From positions 1-45,508 of the forward strand of contig DXJV01000021.1 of the NCBI GenBank assembly GCA_019056785.1: a stretch of DNA of 45,508 bases. The letters run 5' to 3'. The position numbers and the translations under genes were made by a program. How positions within the stretch are numbered: the stretch's first letter is position 1; every line of letters starts with the position of its first letter. Below are positions 9,001 through 18,514 of the stretch, in pieces. The DNA comes from Candidatus Heimdallarchaeota archaeon (GTDB lineage Archaea; Asgardarchaeota; Heimdallarchaeia; JABLTI01). Below the pieces are notes generated by a model. It was given only the letters and a program-made list of their open reading frames with translations. It made no database searches and was not told where the DNA came from.

Positions 9001-11466
9001 TTTGGCGAGAACAAGGGTTTCATTAATGTAAAGTTCATAAAAGACTGAAGTTTCATTTGATATGCCGGTATTGATGATAGAGATATTTAGTGACACACTC
9101 GAGTCTTTTGGAAGAATTTCGGGTGCCGTTACTGAAATCCGTAAGTTGTGTTCTGGCAAACTCCAATTCAAGAAATTTTTGAAGAGTTGTTCAACATTCC
9201 CTTCAGCTTTATGAAGCTCAATATAAATAGCACTACTGATAACAGCGAAATGACCAGCACCAATCGCAACAGAAGCCCCTACAGGTGAAAGATCGAGAGG
9301 ATCAAAGAGAAATGCTTTAGCATCCCCACTCACGGTTAAGATGAAATCATGGTCCGGGAGAGGTAGTTCTGAAATGCCTTGCACTAAAGGATGATAAGGA
9401 TCGAAAATCGTTGTGTCGAATTTTTCTCGAGGATTCAAAGTCAATGAAATGCCATAGTCAGTGCCTAATTTAAGGACACCATATCTATTTAGCTTCCCTC
9501 CTATAGCAAGTACTTTTCCACCGGCAGCAACAAACGTTTCAATGAGGTTTTTATCGCTTGTTGACCAATCCCATCCACCAGAGTTAACGAGAAGATAACC
9601 AAAGGCACTTAAAGGTAACTCATCTAGTGGCTCAAAAATCTCGTAAAAATTATAGCTCAAATTCTCGTAGAAGTCTTTTAGAGCAGAAAAGTAATACTCA
9701 TTATGAGAATAAATAGCACCTATACTTTTTTCAGGCGCGACAACTTTAACCCACTTTGTTTCATTGTTATTTGCTATTGCAACTTCTGAAACCACTGGAA
9801 GGAGATAAGCAGTTAAATTAAAAGCCCCCAAATTTTCCGGGGTAAATGAAAAACTAAACACTTGTTCCCCATTAACTGGTACATTGGCGAAGGTCTTCTG
9901 GGCGATAAGAGAACTATTAGCCCAAATTTGTAGAACAGCATTGGTGATATTTGTCTGTCCAATGTTTTTCACAGTTGCAGTTAATTGTACTGTTCTGTTC
10001 ACACCAAGAATTGAGTGTGGAGTGAAATCAACTTTAATATCAACTGGTTCTGGATCTAAAACAGCCTGATAAGCATTCACAAGCCCATAACCATAATATT
10101 CGTCCCAGCCTTGTGCTCCAAGATCCTCAGCAGAATTTCGCAACCGTTCTCTAATGCACTCAGCGCTCCAAGTGGGGAACTTCGACTTTATTAATGCTGC
10201 CACACCAGCCACATGCGGGCAAGCCATGGATGTGCCTGACATAGTCCCATAACTGCCAGCTGCGACTCGAAAGGTGGAATAAATGTTAACACCCGGCGCA
10301 CTCATTTCAATAGTTGAACCATAATTACTGAAATCGGCCAGAATATCAGCATTATCTGTCGCACTTACCGAAATGACTTCCGGATAAGCTGCCGGAAAGT
10401 AGAATTTATTACTGTTATCATTTCCTGCAGCAGCAATAGAAACAACATTGTGTTCTGCAGCATATATAAACGCATCATGAATTATGGTGGAAGGTTCATA
10501 TCCAGTCCAACTGTTGGAAAGAATGTCTGCTCCGGCATCAACAGCATGTACAATCGCAGAAGCGGCACCATCGGAAGTGCCAAAACCAGAGGAGCTGAGA
10601 AACTTTTCAGCCATAATTTTCACATTGGCAATGCCGGCAATGCCTATCGAATTATTTATTGTTGCAGCGATAACACCTGCACAATGGGTTCCATGGTTAT
10701 GATCATCCATTGGATTACTGTCATCATTTACCCAATCATACCCCAAGGGAACATATTGCGAGCTCAAATCAGGGTGGTTATAATCAATGCCCGTATCAAT
10801 AATTGCCACCAGGACCTCTGAAAAATTGCCAGATTCGATGTTCCATGCTTCAGGGGCATGGATTCTTGTCAAACCCCATTGTGAAGGGAAGTCAGGGTCA
10901 GTGGGCGTACCAGCTACAGAAAGAAGGTAATTTGGTTCGAGAAAACGAATTGTTGGTATTTCTTGCACACGCTTAAGGAAAGCTTTCAAGTCATCAATTG
11001 GAACGTTCAAAACTAATGATTGTAACTTTGGGATGCTTCTTTCAACACTAAAATCGTCTAAGAGACTAGAAAAGTGCCTGTCCTCTTTGGTTGCAAAGGC
11101 CAAATCTGTTCGTAATCCTACAATTATTTCTACTTGATTATTGTTAATTTCAATTAGACCTCTTTTGCTTTCATGTCCACCTTGAGGATCTGATTTCCCA
11201 AGGAGCTCAGACCAGCTCAAGATGCCATCTGGGAATTTTGTTCGTGAAAAATTGTCCTGTAAAAGTGGGCCAAAAACTGGGCTATCGGCCAACTCAAGTG
11301 TCGTATCTAGGGGGTTATCCTTCATGCTTTCCTCTAATTGCTTACCTTCCATTACTGGTGAATTTGGTTGAGCAATTAGCTGAAAAGCCTCAAGTGAACA
11401 AAGAATAATTATCATTAACCCTAGCACAGATATTTTGCTAACTCTTCTCTGTGTCAATTCTCTCAT
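6052..11466 (-). CDS. Large membrane-anchored S8 (subtilisin/thermitase-like) serine protease with CARDB, GIFT/GATase-like and NIDO-like domains
   Basis: Catalytic triad motifs VAIIDTGID, HGTHCAG, GTSMACPHVAG; oxyanion AAAGN. Likely start is ATG 11466 (MRELTQRR plus signal peptide) rather than 11565. Four CARDB-like repeats, three alpha/beta modules, an LPFQFQFY..GSNGLLSF..IAPFWD module, C-terminal TM plus KKKK. Confidence 0.92.
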   Translation of the reverse strand: MRELTQRRVSKISVLGLMIIILCSLEAFQLIAQPNSPVMEGKQLEESMKDNPLDTTLELADSPVFGPLLQDNFSRTKFPDGILSWSELLGKSDPQGGHESKRGLIEINNNQVEIIVGLRTDLAFATKEDRHFSSLLDDFSVERSIPKLQSLVLNVPIDDLKAFLKRVQEIPTIRFLEPNYLLSVAGTPTDPDFPSQWGLTRIHAPEAWNIESGNFSEVLVAIIDTGIDYNHPDLSSQYVPLGYDWVNDDSNPMDDHNHGTHCAGVIAATINNSIGIAGIANVKIMAEKFLSSSGFGTSDGAASAIVHAVDAGADILSNSWTGYEPSTIIHDAFIYAAEHNVVSIAAAGNDNSNKFYFPAAYPEVISVSATDNADILADFSNYGSTIEMSAPGVNIYSTFRVAAGSYGTMSGTSMACPHVAGVAALIKSKFPTWSAECIRERLRNSAEDLGAQGWDEYYGYGLVNAYQAVLDPEPVDIKVDFTPHSILGVNRTVQLTATVKNIGQTNITNAVLQIWANSSLIAQKTFANVPVNGEQVFSFSFTPENLGAFNLTAYLLPVVSEVAIANNNETKWVKVVAPEKSIGAIYSHNEYYFSALKDFYENLSYNFYEIFEPLDELPLSAFGYLLVNSGGWDWSTSDKNLIETFVAAGGKVLAIGGKLNRYGVLKLGTDYGISLTLNPREKFDTTIFDPYHPLVQGISELPLPDHDFILTVSGDAKAFLFDPLDLSPVGASVAIGAGHFAVISSAIYIELHKAEGNVEQLFKNFLNWSLPEHNLRISVTAPEILPKDSSVSLNISIINTGISNETSVFYELYINETLVLAKTLPSLLSGTEAQDSYLWTPHAYYKYSIRVAVSPVAGETLLIDNNYTTICSVPDPSNSIAFIYSHGETEFSLESFYQNNGNETYDLYSRITVDLLSCFSVVFVSFGGDPWLSSEIDAVENFIIAGGTFVSLNGPASFPNVVENLGLKFGISSNSIPSLSGETIQFDPHHPLLQGVSSLYFPSFTNKELVVSKMATPFLWDNSSEHIIGASAEVGGGHFCVIASNINLMPYTRDNDILLKNLLSWDRPTHDIILHVKEIYATINEDTEVNITLYNGGAAIETNVQVELFIEGELATNFSISTIAPQELLTLSYTWRPVSHGFYNFTAKAAAVPGEQILVNNIETKYGSVVSNYHMITEYTFDWVDPTIGTLLPLTYNSAIKVTLPFQFQFYDRKFDAVYVGSNGLLSFSYSYPWWGSNVPFPSDDSRFYYLIAPFWDQMVATGDFYVLSLTNPNRLVIGYVNMEYSTGVLAGTFEVILYESGEILFQYDQIMEVRSPTVGLNYGLMSTFYNSYTFPLKTAKDFALLFNMENKQHDLSVTLEISDRYVEINKAQTIAYSVENIGLNEETNVELSLLINDLKVKTETATILAPSSQRTFNYQWLPSTIGTYNITVFVQASGEEIAIMNNRIITLVKACNVATGIVAILNTDGADQPAYFNPLSSWKNDYQTIQTGLENEGFTTRIVTNADLSGTALLDISVLILINNFPNNDASLEVKAWARAFGNVITFGQSATFLNWAGIFVPEAEGTSGFFDYLIAESSSITAMILNTQHYLKRGYMRLSFTVNDFCAYRSTVSSSSAWSNYVPIVKATYLSQTIYLVGAYSTTNAGRAVHFYDGEHWNNEFLHRMIINAVEWVQYRNDPPEVTLLEPNNGGELYGMVDIRWSAFDWEDDPLDFTIELWDGENWLTIAFNVQGNEYYWDTTEVPDGDDYLLRIIVSDGTTNSSDVCDQPFSIRNTVTENNALILPLFILLPIVFLLSKKKKEH

Positions 11467-12260
11467 CCTAATAATATTATAATAACTATCGATGATAAGG
11501 AAGAGTCCATTATTTAAACGTTGATAATAGACCACTAATCCTCTCGAGAAAGGCATAAACCACAATAATTAAAATGATAAAATCGCGATTACTTTCGGAA
11601 CGTCCCCTTCAAATCTGTTTAATTAGCCAAGAAATCGAATTACTCTTTATCAATTGTTAGGAGGATTTTCAGCAAGGATGATAGTGAGAACCACTCTGGT
11701 GTCTTGATAATTTATTTCCGGAAAAAACATTGAACAAAACAGAAGAACAAGGTGAGAAAAAAAAGAACAGATTAGTACAGCTAGGAAAAATAGTTTGGTT
11801 GTGGAGCCATTTCCCAACAGGCTATCTACCTGTAGCCTATGACGCGATGCTCATATCGGAACTTTCCAATAAATCAAACATCTCTTGACGAATACTGACC
11901 AATCTACTCGAGTTTTAATGATCATTTAACGAGAAAAAACCTATTACTCTTTTCTTTCTTCTGTATGCAATTTCAGTTTCAAGTCCATGGGTCTCTAGTT
12001 TGTCTAGGATTTTGCTGCAAAAATTTTGGTAAATTTACAAAAATAATAATAAATGTGTAGTATAAGAACAGATAGTAGACAAAGTAAGAAAATTATCCTC
12101 TGTTGAATTATTTTAGTGAACTGATAAGATGGGATTTAGATTTGATTAAATAATAATTACTATCTTTAATACTTCAGGTTTTAGAGAAAAGACTTTGCAT
12201 AAAATTCACCTCAAATTTCGTAATTGAGTGATTCTAAGTTTCACTTGACAGTTCAAGAAA

Positions 12261-13175
12261 TTGGTGATAAAAATTAAAATAACAAGCAAGATAATCATTG
12301 GCGATTCAACAAGCATGAAAGAGATAGGCGATAATGAGATCCATCTAATGATTACCTCCCCTCCCTATCCTATGATTAAAATGTGGGATGACATTTTTAA
12401 ATCAGCAATTCCTGAAGTGAAAGTTCTCGAACAACAGATGGAAGAGGAAACAGACAAAAGTAAAAGAGAAAACTATGTCTCTAAAATCTATAGTTTATTC
12501 CATAAATATTTGGAAAATGTTTGGAAAGAAACGTATCGAGTGTTAGTGGATGGTGGGATTGCGTGTATAAATATTGGTGATGCCACCAGAAAAATCAATG
12601 GGATTTTTCGTTTATTTCCAAACCATTCAAAAATAATCGAAATATGTGAGAAGATAGGCTTTATAACTTTGCCATATATACTTTGGAAAAAACCGACAAA
12701 CAAACCAAATGCATTTCTCGGTTCTGGATTTTTACCAACAAATGGTTATATCACACTTGATGTGGAATACGTTTTAATATTTAGAAAGAATGGGCCAAGA
12801 AAATTTCCCCCTAAAGATCAACTGAGATATGCAAGTAAATTCACTAAAAAAGAGAGAGATGTATGGTTTAGTCAAACGTGGAATATACGGGGTGAGAAAC
12901 AGAACCATTCAGAATTCATCAGGAGAACAGCAGCATTTCCAGAAGAAATCCCTCGAAGGCTTATAAGAATGTTCTCAATAATCGGCGATACAGTTTTGGA
13001 CCCCTTTTTAGGAACCGGCACAACAGCTAAAATGGCAATGGAACTTCAGCGGAACTTTTTAGGGTATGAAATTGATGAAAAACTGAAGCCAATAATTGAA
13101 AAAAGATTGGATATAAACCAGATGACATTATTAAAAGAAGATGAAATTGAAATCAATTTTCTAAAAAGAAATTAA
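12261..13175 (+). CDS. Beta-class N4-cytosine DNA methyltransferase, M.MthZI/M.MjaI/Zim-like (probable CTAG specificity), orphan
   Basis: Motif IV TSPPY precedes motif I DPFLGTGTT (beta order). Strings TSPPYPMIKMWD, NIGDATRK, FLGSGFLPTNGYITL match my recollection of the M.MthZI-type family. Confidence 0.88.
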   Translation: MVIKIKITSKIIIGDSTSMKEIGDNEIHLMITSPPYPMIKMWDDIFKSAIPEVKVLEQQMEEETDKSKRENYVSKIYSLFHKYLENVWKETYRVLVDGGIACINIGDATRKINGIFRLFPNHSKIIEICEKIGFITLPYILWKKPTNKPNAFLGSGFLPTNGYITLDVEYVLIFRKNGPRKFPPKDQLRYASKFTKKERDVWFSQTWNIRGEKQNHSEFIRRTAAFPEEIPRRLIRMFSIIGDTVLDPFLGTGTTAKMAMELQRNFLGYEIDEKLKPIIEKRLDINQMTLLKEDEIEINFLKRN

Positions 13176-13582
13176 TAGTGAACGATTAAAAATTACCAAG
13201 TTCAATTTCTATAGTAATTCACTCTCTGAATCATCGCAATTAATTAGATCTTTGATGTTAAATTTTTCCTACAAGTATTAATATCCATTTAATAATGAGT
13301 TTTAGTTCAAGAATCATGAGTCAGTAAACTACTAAATAATGTCAGCAAACGACTTTTACGTGGACTGTTCTTAACACATCAAAACTCTTGTCACTTGTAT
13401 TTTCACTACAAACTTCGTAGTTTCTATTAGATTTCCCATAAATTAAAAGGCCAATTATACTTCCTGAAAAAAGAAGCAACAATTGTCAATAAAATTAATA
13501 TGACTTTAATATGAGTTCTCATAAAATCCTCTCAAGAAATTTTACAATTCTTTTTTCCTTAAAAACTTTACAAAAATACTTT

Positions 13583-14410
13583 TTAGCAGAGTACAAAATA
13601 AAGAACTATTGGAAATCCAATCCCAAAGATAATCATTAGAAGAATTGAAACAAGATACTTTACGTACTTATTCTGTTTAGTTTTATAGCGGCCTGATGAT
13701 CTACGGGCAATAGCGTATTTTCTATATAACCAATTAGTTAGGGGTTTTAAAATGCAATCAAATTTCTGTCCCTTTGGATTTTCTTCAATATATAATAAAT
13801 GATTCCACGTTTTAACTTGTAAAATACAATGAAAATCTTCAAACGGTACTTTTGTGATCTCATTATTTTTGGTTATATTATAGAATTTTTTTCCTCTCTT
13901 TATTATTTCTGTAAAACAATGTTTCGGCATTTCTATAGATGCACCTTCAGCTAGAGTTTCAAAACTAAAGGATAAAATATCACCCGTCTTTCTATCAATT
14001 ACAATTTCTATAAATTCAATATCTTTAATTGAACCATAAAATATCCATCTAAAGAACTTGTATAAATTATGAACTAAAAGATTCGGATGGATTTCATCGG
14101 TCCAAACAGGGCGATAAATTAAAATCATTTTGTCTTCTTGACATATAAACTCGTAAAAGATAAATTTAATATCTAATTTTAGGCTATTATCTTGATATAT
14201 GTATGGTTTATATTTATTTAAAATTTCAATAACAGTAGAACCATCAACTTTTTCATTTGCATTAAGTGTTAAATAACTCCTTCCTTTCATACCTGTTATT
14301 TTAAAACCCACTAGAAATGCAATTAATCCGAGAACTGGGGCCATATAAATGAGCATTATAATACAATTTATTGTTTCCATCGTGAAAACACAATTTAAGA
14401 GTTCAATCAC
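13583..14410 (-). CDS. Hypothetical membrane protein (N- and C-terminal TM) with a central soluble domain
   Basis: 275 aa, very AT-rich; conserved-looking strings KYKPYIY, WTDEIHP, FYGSIKDIEFIEIV, TWNH. Confidence 0.65.
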   Translation of the reverse strand: MIELLNCVFTMETINCIIMLIYMAPVLGLIAFLVGFKITGMKGRSYLTLNANEKVDGSTVIEILNKYKPYIYQDNSLKLDIKFIFYEFICQEDKMILIYRPVWTDEIHPNLLVHNLYKFFRWIFYGSIKDIEFIEIVIDRKTGDILSFSFETLAEGASIEMPKHCFTEIIKRGKKFYNITKNNEITKVPFEDFHCILQVKTWNHLLYIEENPKGQKFDCILKPLTNWLYRKYAIARRSSGRYKTKQNKYVKYLVSILLMIIFGIGFPIVLYFVLC

Positions 14411-14635
14411 TTTTATAATACAAACATTTCCCTCAACTAAGGTTTTGTTGTATTTAAAACTTGGGATTGAAAGTTAATTATTCGCAAAATTGTATTTGTA
14501 AAAACTTACATTTTAATAATGACAAACCTTTCATATGTCTGTAGATTTTAATAAAGTATTAAACAGTAGATAATTTAAAACAATTAAAAAAAAGCATATC
14601 GATGACTCAAAAATCAGCAAGATTCTTTAAGAAAA

Positions 14636-15021
14636 TTGGCACTAATTGGTATAAATCTTCAAGTTAGAATTCTTGATTGGCCTACTTTTGTTGGTTAGTT
14701 AATCTATTTCCGTAATTTTGACCTTTGTGTTACATTAGTCTTGTTGGAGGCGAGAGAGATCCTGATTTCACCGGCCTGTATAAGAAAAATGGCTCTCTAA
14801 ACTTCTTTAGTTATGATGGTGGCATGGATTGGGATAATAGTTTGGGAACTGGAAAGAATAAATGGTATATGAAATAAGGGCTTTTTATTATTCCTCCCTA
14901 TTCACAAGCACGAATTAAGCATTATTGGGATTGGGAAAATTACTTAATGAACAAGATTCTTCCTTGTGTGCCAATGTTTATATCGCAGGCTTATATCTTG
15001 CTGAGAATTAGGAGTTTCTAA
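14636..15021 (+). pseudogene. Decayed internal fragment of a paralogue of the 455..2320 solute-binding protein
   Basis: Manual translation: LALIGINLQVRILDWPTFVG*LIYFRNFDLC/(frameshift ~14727-14731)/YISLVGGERDPDFTGLYKKNGSLNFFSYDGGMDWDNSLGTGKNKWYMK*G...RIKHYWDWENYLMNKILPCVPMF. This aligns with about aa 61-175 of the intact SBP. Stops at 14696 and 14875. Confidence 0.92.
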
Positions 15022-15170
15022 ATTGCACGCATTTTTCAAGAACCAGCTTGAGTAAGTTCCTGTAAAATCATGCTATTTTGTCTTAAAAATTAACAAGAAC
15101 AAAGAGCTATTATAAATCAGAAAAATAAGCGCGAGATGTGAAATCCATCCTTCTTCTTGGTGGGTATTAG

Positions 15171-15560
15171 TTGACTGAAGAGAAAAAATTCATATCAAAA
15201 ATCGCCTTTTACTTCGGTTCAGTAAATCCAGTGGCAGAACTCCTTTTCCAGCAACTTCTCATTGACGTTCCTCGAGAAAAAATTCACGGTTTGCTTGAGC
15301 TGTTAATAGAATTTGTGAAAGTAGAGAAGGATGATTCTGCTAACAAACAATTGAGCGAAAGCATTATGGAAGATATTTTCAATTTCTTTATCCAGCTTCG
15401 ACTTGAAGAGCTTCAAAATTTCATTGGTTTGCTTCTTCGTTCTTTTCCGATAAAAATGGCAGCCATTAAAGAAACTTTCCTCTCGCAGCTCCGAATAGAA
15501 GAATCTCAACAGATTTCATACGAACAACAAAAATTGTTGACTTTTATCCATAACTTGTGA
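15171..15560 (+). CDS. Hypothetical alpha-helical protein
   Basis: 129 aa, TTG start after GGTGGG, amphipathic helical pattern, no recognisable motif. Confidence 0.6.
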   Translation: MTEEKKFISKIAFYFGSVNPVAELLFQQLLIDVPREKIHGLLELLIEFVKVEKDDSANKQLSESIMEDIFNFFIQLRLEELQNFIGLLLRSFPIKMAAIKETFLSQLRIEESQQISYEQQKLLTFIHNL

Positions 15561-15789
15561 AGATGGTCTATCTCTCATTGGGCACTGTGAAAAGCTTGAG
15601 CGTTCAAAGAGTTGCAAGCACCTTCAAATAAAAGTCGTTTATCCCACCAAACAAGTGGGAATTAATATACTCTTTAAATTTGATTTGTATGTCGAACAAC
15701 CACTCTTATCAAGACAAATGAACATGCAAGATTAAAGTTCGGTTCTTAACTCGAGTAAAAAAAAGAGGAATGGTTTAAAACGCCATTTC

Positions 15790-16302
15790 TCATTTTAAAA
15801 ATCGTTTTTTTACCTTAGAAAAAGCAACAATTGATAGTGTCAATGTCGCAAGTACTAACAGAGTAGCTTTGAATGTCATTCCTGGTAAAGACGGTGTCCC
15901 TTGTAAACCTATTACGAGTAAGTCGAAGTAACCTCCATTTGCTAACCTGTCGATAACTTCCATATAATAAGAACCAGTTATATTAGCTTGGAAGCTAAAA
16001 ACTTCACCGAGTGTTGAATTAGAATCAAAGACCTTTGCTTCTGTGACAAACTCATCTTCGTAGAGGATGACATAAATATCTGTTATAGTAAATGTTTTAA
16101 GACTCAGATTCACAGTGTAATCTTCGTCTTCAATCAACCCCCGAATTTCAACTTTCAAGTCAATGACTTGTAGGCCACTGTACTTGTGATTTAATTCTAC
16201 TACTAAAATGTCTGCCTTGGTTAACATTACTTGAGTAGTAAATAAACCGGCAATGACAAATGGTAGCATTACTAATAGTAATTGTTTTGGATTTTTCATC
16301 AT
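15790..16302 (-). CDS. Small secreted beta-sandwich protein with a PG-type C-terminal anchor
   Basis: Signal peptide, beta-rich core (ANITGSYYMEV), C-terminal LPG, TM and KVKKR, resembling archaeal sorting signals. Confidence 0.7.
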   Translation of the reverse strand: MMKNPKQLLLVMLPFVIAGLFTTQVMLTKADILVVELNHKYSGLQVIDLKVEIRGLIEDEDYTVNLSLKTFTITDIYVILYEDEFVTEAKVFDSNSTLGEVFSFQANITGSYYMEVIDRLANGGYFDLLVIGLQGTPSLPGMTFKATLLVLATLTLSIVAFSKVKKRFLK

Positions 16303-16621
16303 AAAACCTTCTCACAGATATCTTATTTATACTAACTATTTAAATGTTTTAAAAATGAAAAAAATAATACACTAGAGCCATAAACGAATAAAAAAAAGAG
16401 AAAAAGAAGACTTGTTGTGACCAAGATAAAACTTTAGGGGGAAAGTTATATCAGGAGTTTTTTCAAGTTTCAGTGGTTTTTCTTTTTGACATTTGAATCA
16501 TTGGTGATTTTTCAGCCACAACGTTTTCTAATATAGGCTCTTCTTTAAGAAATTACTTCTGTTTGTAGAAGAATTTCTTGGATTGGTGAGTCGATCATCC
16601 TGAGTTTCCGACTTTTTTCTT

Positions 16622-18514
16622 CTATTTGGTTCCTTCTAGTGCTACTGGTTCAGCTATTGAGAAATCTGCTGTTTCAAATTGGCTATTATAGAGTTCTGCG
16701 TAGAATCCATTCTTCTCGAGTAATTCATTATGTGTTCCTTGTTCGACGATATCACCATCACGAATGACGAGGATAAGATCTGCATTTCGGATGGTTGATA
16801 AGCGATGAGCTATCACAAAGCTGGTGCGATTTTTCATCAAGTTGTCCATAGCTTTCTGGATTAGAATTTCTGTTCGTGTATCCACAGAGCTTGTTGCTTC
16901 ATCAAGGATTAGTATCGGTGGATTTGCAAGTACTGCTCTAGCAATTGTCAGTAATTGTTTTTGTCCTTGGGATAAGTTGGTTACTTCTTCATTTATTTCC
17001 ATATCATATCCTTTCGGGAGAGTATGAACAAACTTGTCCACATAAGCAGCTTTTGCAGCCTCGACCACTTCCTTATCTCGTGCATCTAGCCGGCCATAGC
17101 GGATGTTTTCTCTAATTGTTCCATTGAATAGCCAAGTGTCTTGAAGGACCATGCCGAACTTTGACCGGAGTTCATGGCGGCTAATATCATTTATATTAAT
17201 GCCGTCAATGAGAATCGCTCCGCCATCTAAGTCATAAAATCTCATTAAAAGTTTTACAATGGTGGTCTTACCTGCACCAGTTGGACCAACAAGAGCGATC
17301 TTTTGTCCTGGCTTCGCTATTGCTGAGAAATTATGGATAACGGTTTTCTCTGGTGAATAGCCAAATTTGACATTCCGAAATTCTACCAGACCCTTAATTT
17401 TACCCAGCTTTAGCTCCTTAGCTGATTCATCACTTTCTTCTTGCTCCTCTAAAAAGGTAAAGACACGTTCTGAAGCCGCAGCGGTGCGTTGCAAAACATT
17501 TGATGCGCTGGCAATTTGCCCCATCGGTCGGGTAAAGGATCGAACGTATTGAATGAAAGCTTGGATGTCACCAACTGTTATTGTTCCCTGGCTTGTTAAC
17601 CACCCACCAAAAATAGCGACTGCAACATACCCTAAATTACCAATGAAGGTCATTACTGGCATCATAATCCCTGAAAAGAATTGTGACTTCCAGGCAGCCT
17701 TATAGAGTGTGTTATTGTATTTATTGAATTTTCGGATGCTTTTTTGCTCGCCGTTAAATGCTTTCACGATTTCATGACCACCAAACATTTCTTCCACATG
17801 GCTATTCACATGTCCGATGTAATCTTGCTGTTGATTGAAATGCTTTTGTGAACGCTTTACAATGAAAGAAATCATAAGTGCTGATAATGGGAGAACACCC
17901 ATAATCACCAAAGTTATCTTCCAGCTAATCGTAAACATCATTACAAGTACACCAACAACAGTTACAACAGAGCTAATGATTTGTGTGATGCTTTGGCTCA
18001 AGGTCTGGTTGATCGTGTCAACATCATTCGTTAAATAGGACAGTACCTCGCCATACGTGGTTTTGTCAAAATATTTGAGGGGTAAACGATTGATCTTTCG
18101 TGAAATGTCTTTTCGCAGCCGGTAAGAAATGTCTGCAGAAACTTTTGCCATGATCCATCCTTGAAGATAAGACAAAATAGCTGAAGCAATATACCATGCA
18201 AGAGTAACAAGGACGATTTTTCCAATATAATCAAAGTCCACAGAACCGGTCCCTTGAATCGTTGCAATTAATCCTTCAAAAAGTTTGGTAGTTGCTTTTC
18301 CAAGTGTTTTTGGACCAATGATGTTTGCTGCAGTAGATGCAGCTGCAAGAAGAATGGCAAAGAGAATGATGAGTTTATATCTTCCTAAATATTGAATGAA
18401 TTTCTTAAAAGCGGCTTTGAAATCCTTTGGTTTTTCCCCGCCTCGCATCATAGCTGCCATTGGCCCCGGACCGCGGGAGCCTTGTTTGGGTGGTTTGTTT
18501 CCATGAACGCTCAT
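16622..18514 (-). CDS. Heterodimeric ABC exporter subunit (TM288-like; consensus Walker B and H-switch)
   Basis: TMD plus NBD: GPTGAGKT, degenerate signature LSQGQ, ILDEATSSVD, AHRL. Start re-assigned to ATG 18514, which overlaps the upstream TGA (ATGA). Confidence 0.93.
   Translation of the reverse strand: MSVHGNKPPKQGSRGPGPMAAMMRGGEKPKDFKAAFKKFIQYLGRYKLIILFAILLAAASTAANIIGPKTLGKATTKLFEGLIATIQGTGSVDFDYIGKIVLVTLAWYIASAILSYLQGWIMAKVSADISYRLRKDISRKINRLPLKYFDKTTYGEVLSYLTNDVDTINQTLSQSITQIISSVVTVVGVLVMMFTISWKITLVIMGVLPLSALMISFIVKRSQKHFNQQQDYIGHVNSHVEEMFGGHEIVKAFNGEQKSIRKFNKYNNTLYKAAWKSQFFSGIMMPVMTFIGNLGYVAVAIFGGWLTSQGTITVGDIQAFIQYVRSFTRPMGQIASASNVLQRTAAASERVFTFLEEQEESDESAKELKLGKIKGLVEFRNVKFGYSPEKTVIHNFSAIAKPGQKIALVGPTGAGKTTIVKLLMRFYDLDGGAILIDGININDISRHELRSKFGMVLQDTWLFNGTIRENIRYGRLDARDKEVVEAAKAAYVDKFVHTLPKGYDMEINEEVTNLSQGQKQLLTIARAVLANPPILILDEATSSVDTRTEILIQKAMDNLMKNRTSFVIAHRLSTIRNADLILVIRDGDIVEQGTHNELLEKNGFYAELYNSQFETADFSIAEPVALEGTK

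Noticed and set aside
11570-12260. 690-nt intergenic region checked for an IS, ncRNA or restriction endonuclease remnant
   Set aside because: Only short frames and a small AGGCTA/TAGCCT hairpin; no terminal repeats or recognisable protein motif.
12261-13175. Methyltransferase as the cause of the C>T nonsense mutations
   Set aside because: It is an amino (m4C-type) MTase, not m5C, so deamination to T is not expected, and I did not establish that the lesions sit in its target site.
13350-13522. Possible frameshifted small membrane gene on the minus strand (MRTHIKVILILLTIVASF/SGSIIGLLIYG...) with GAGG upstream
   Set aside because: Short, no recognisable family, and needs an assumed frameshift; cannot be supported.
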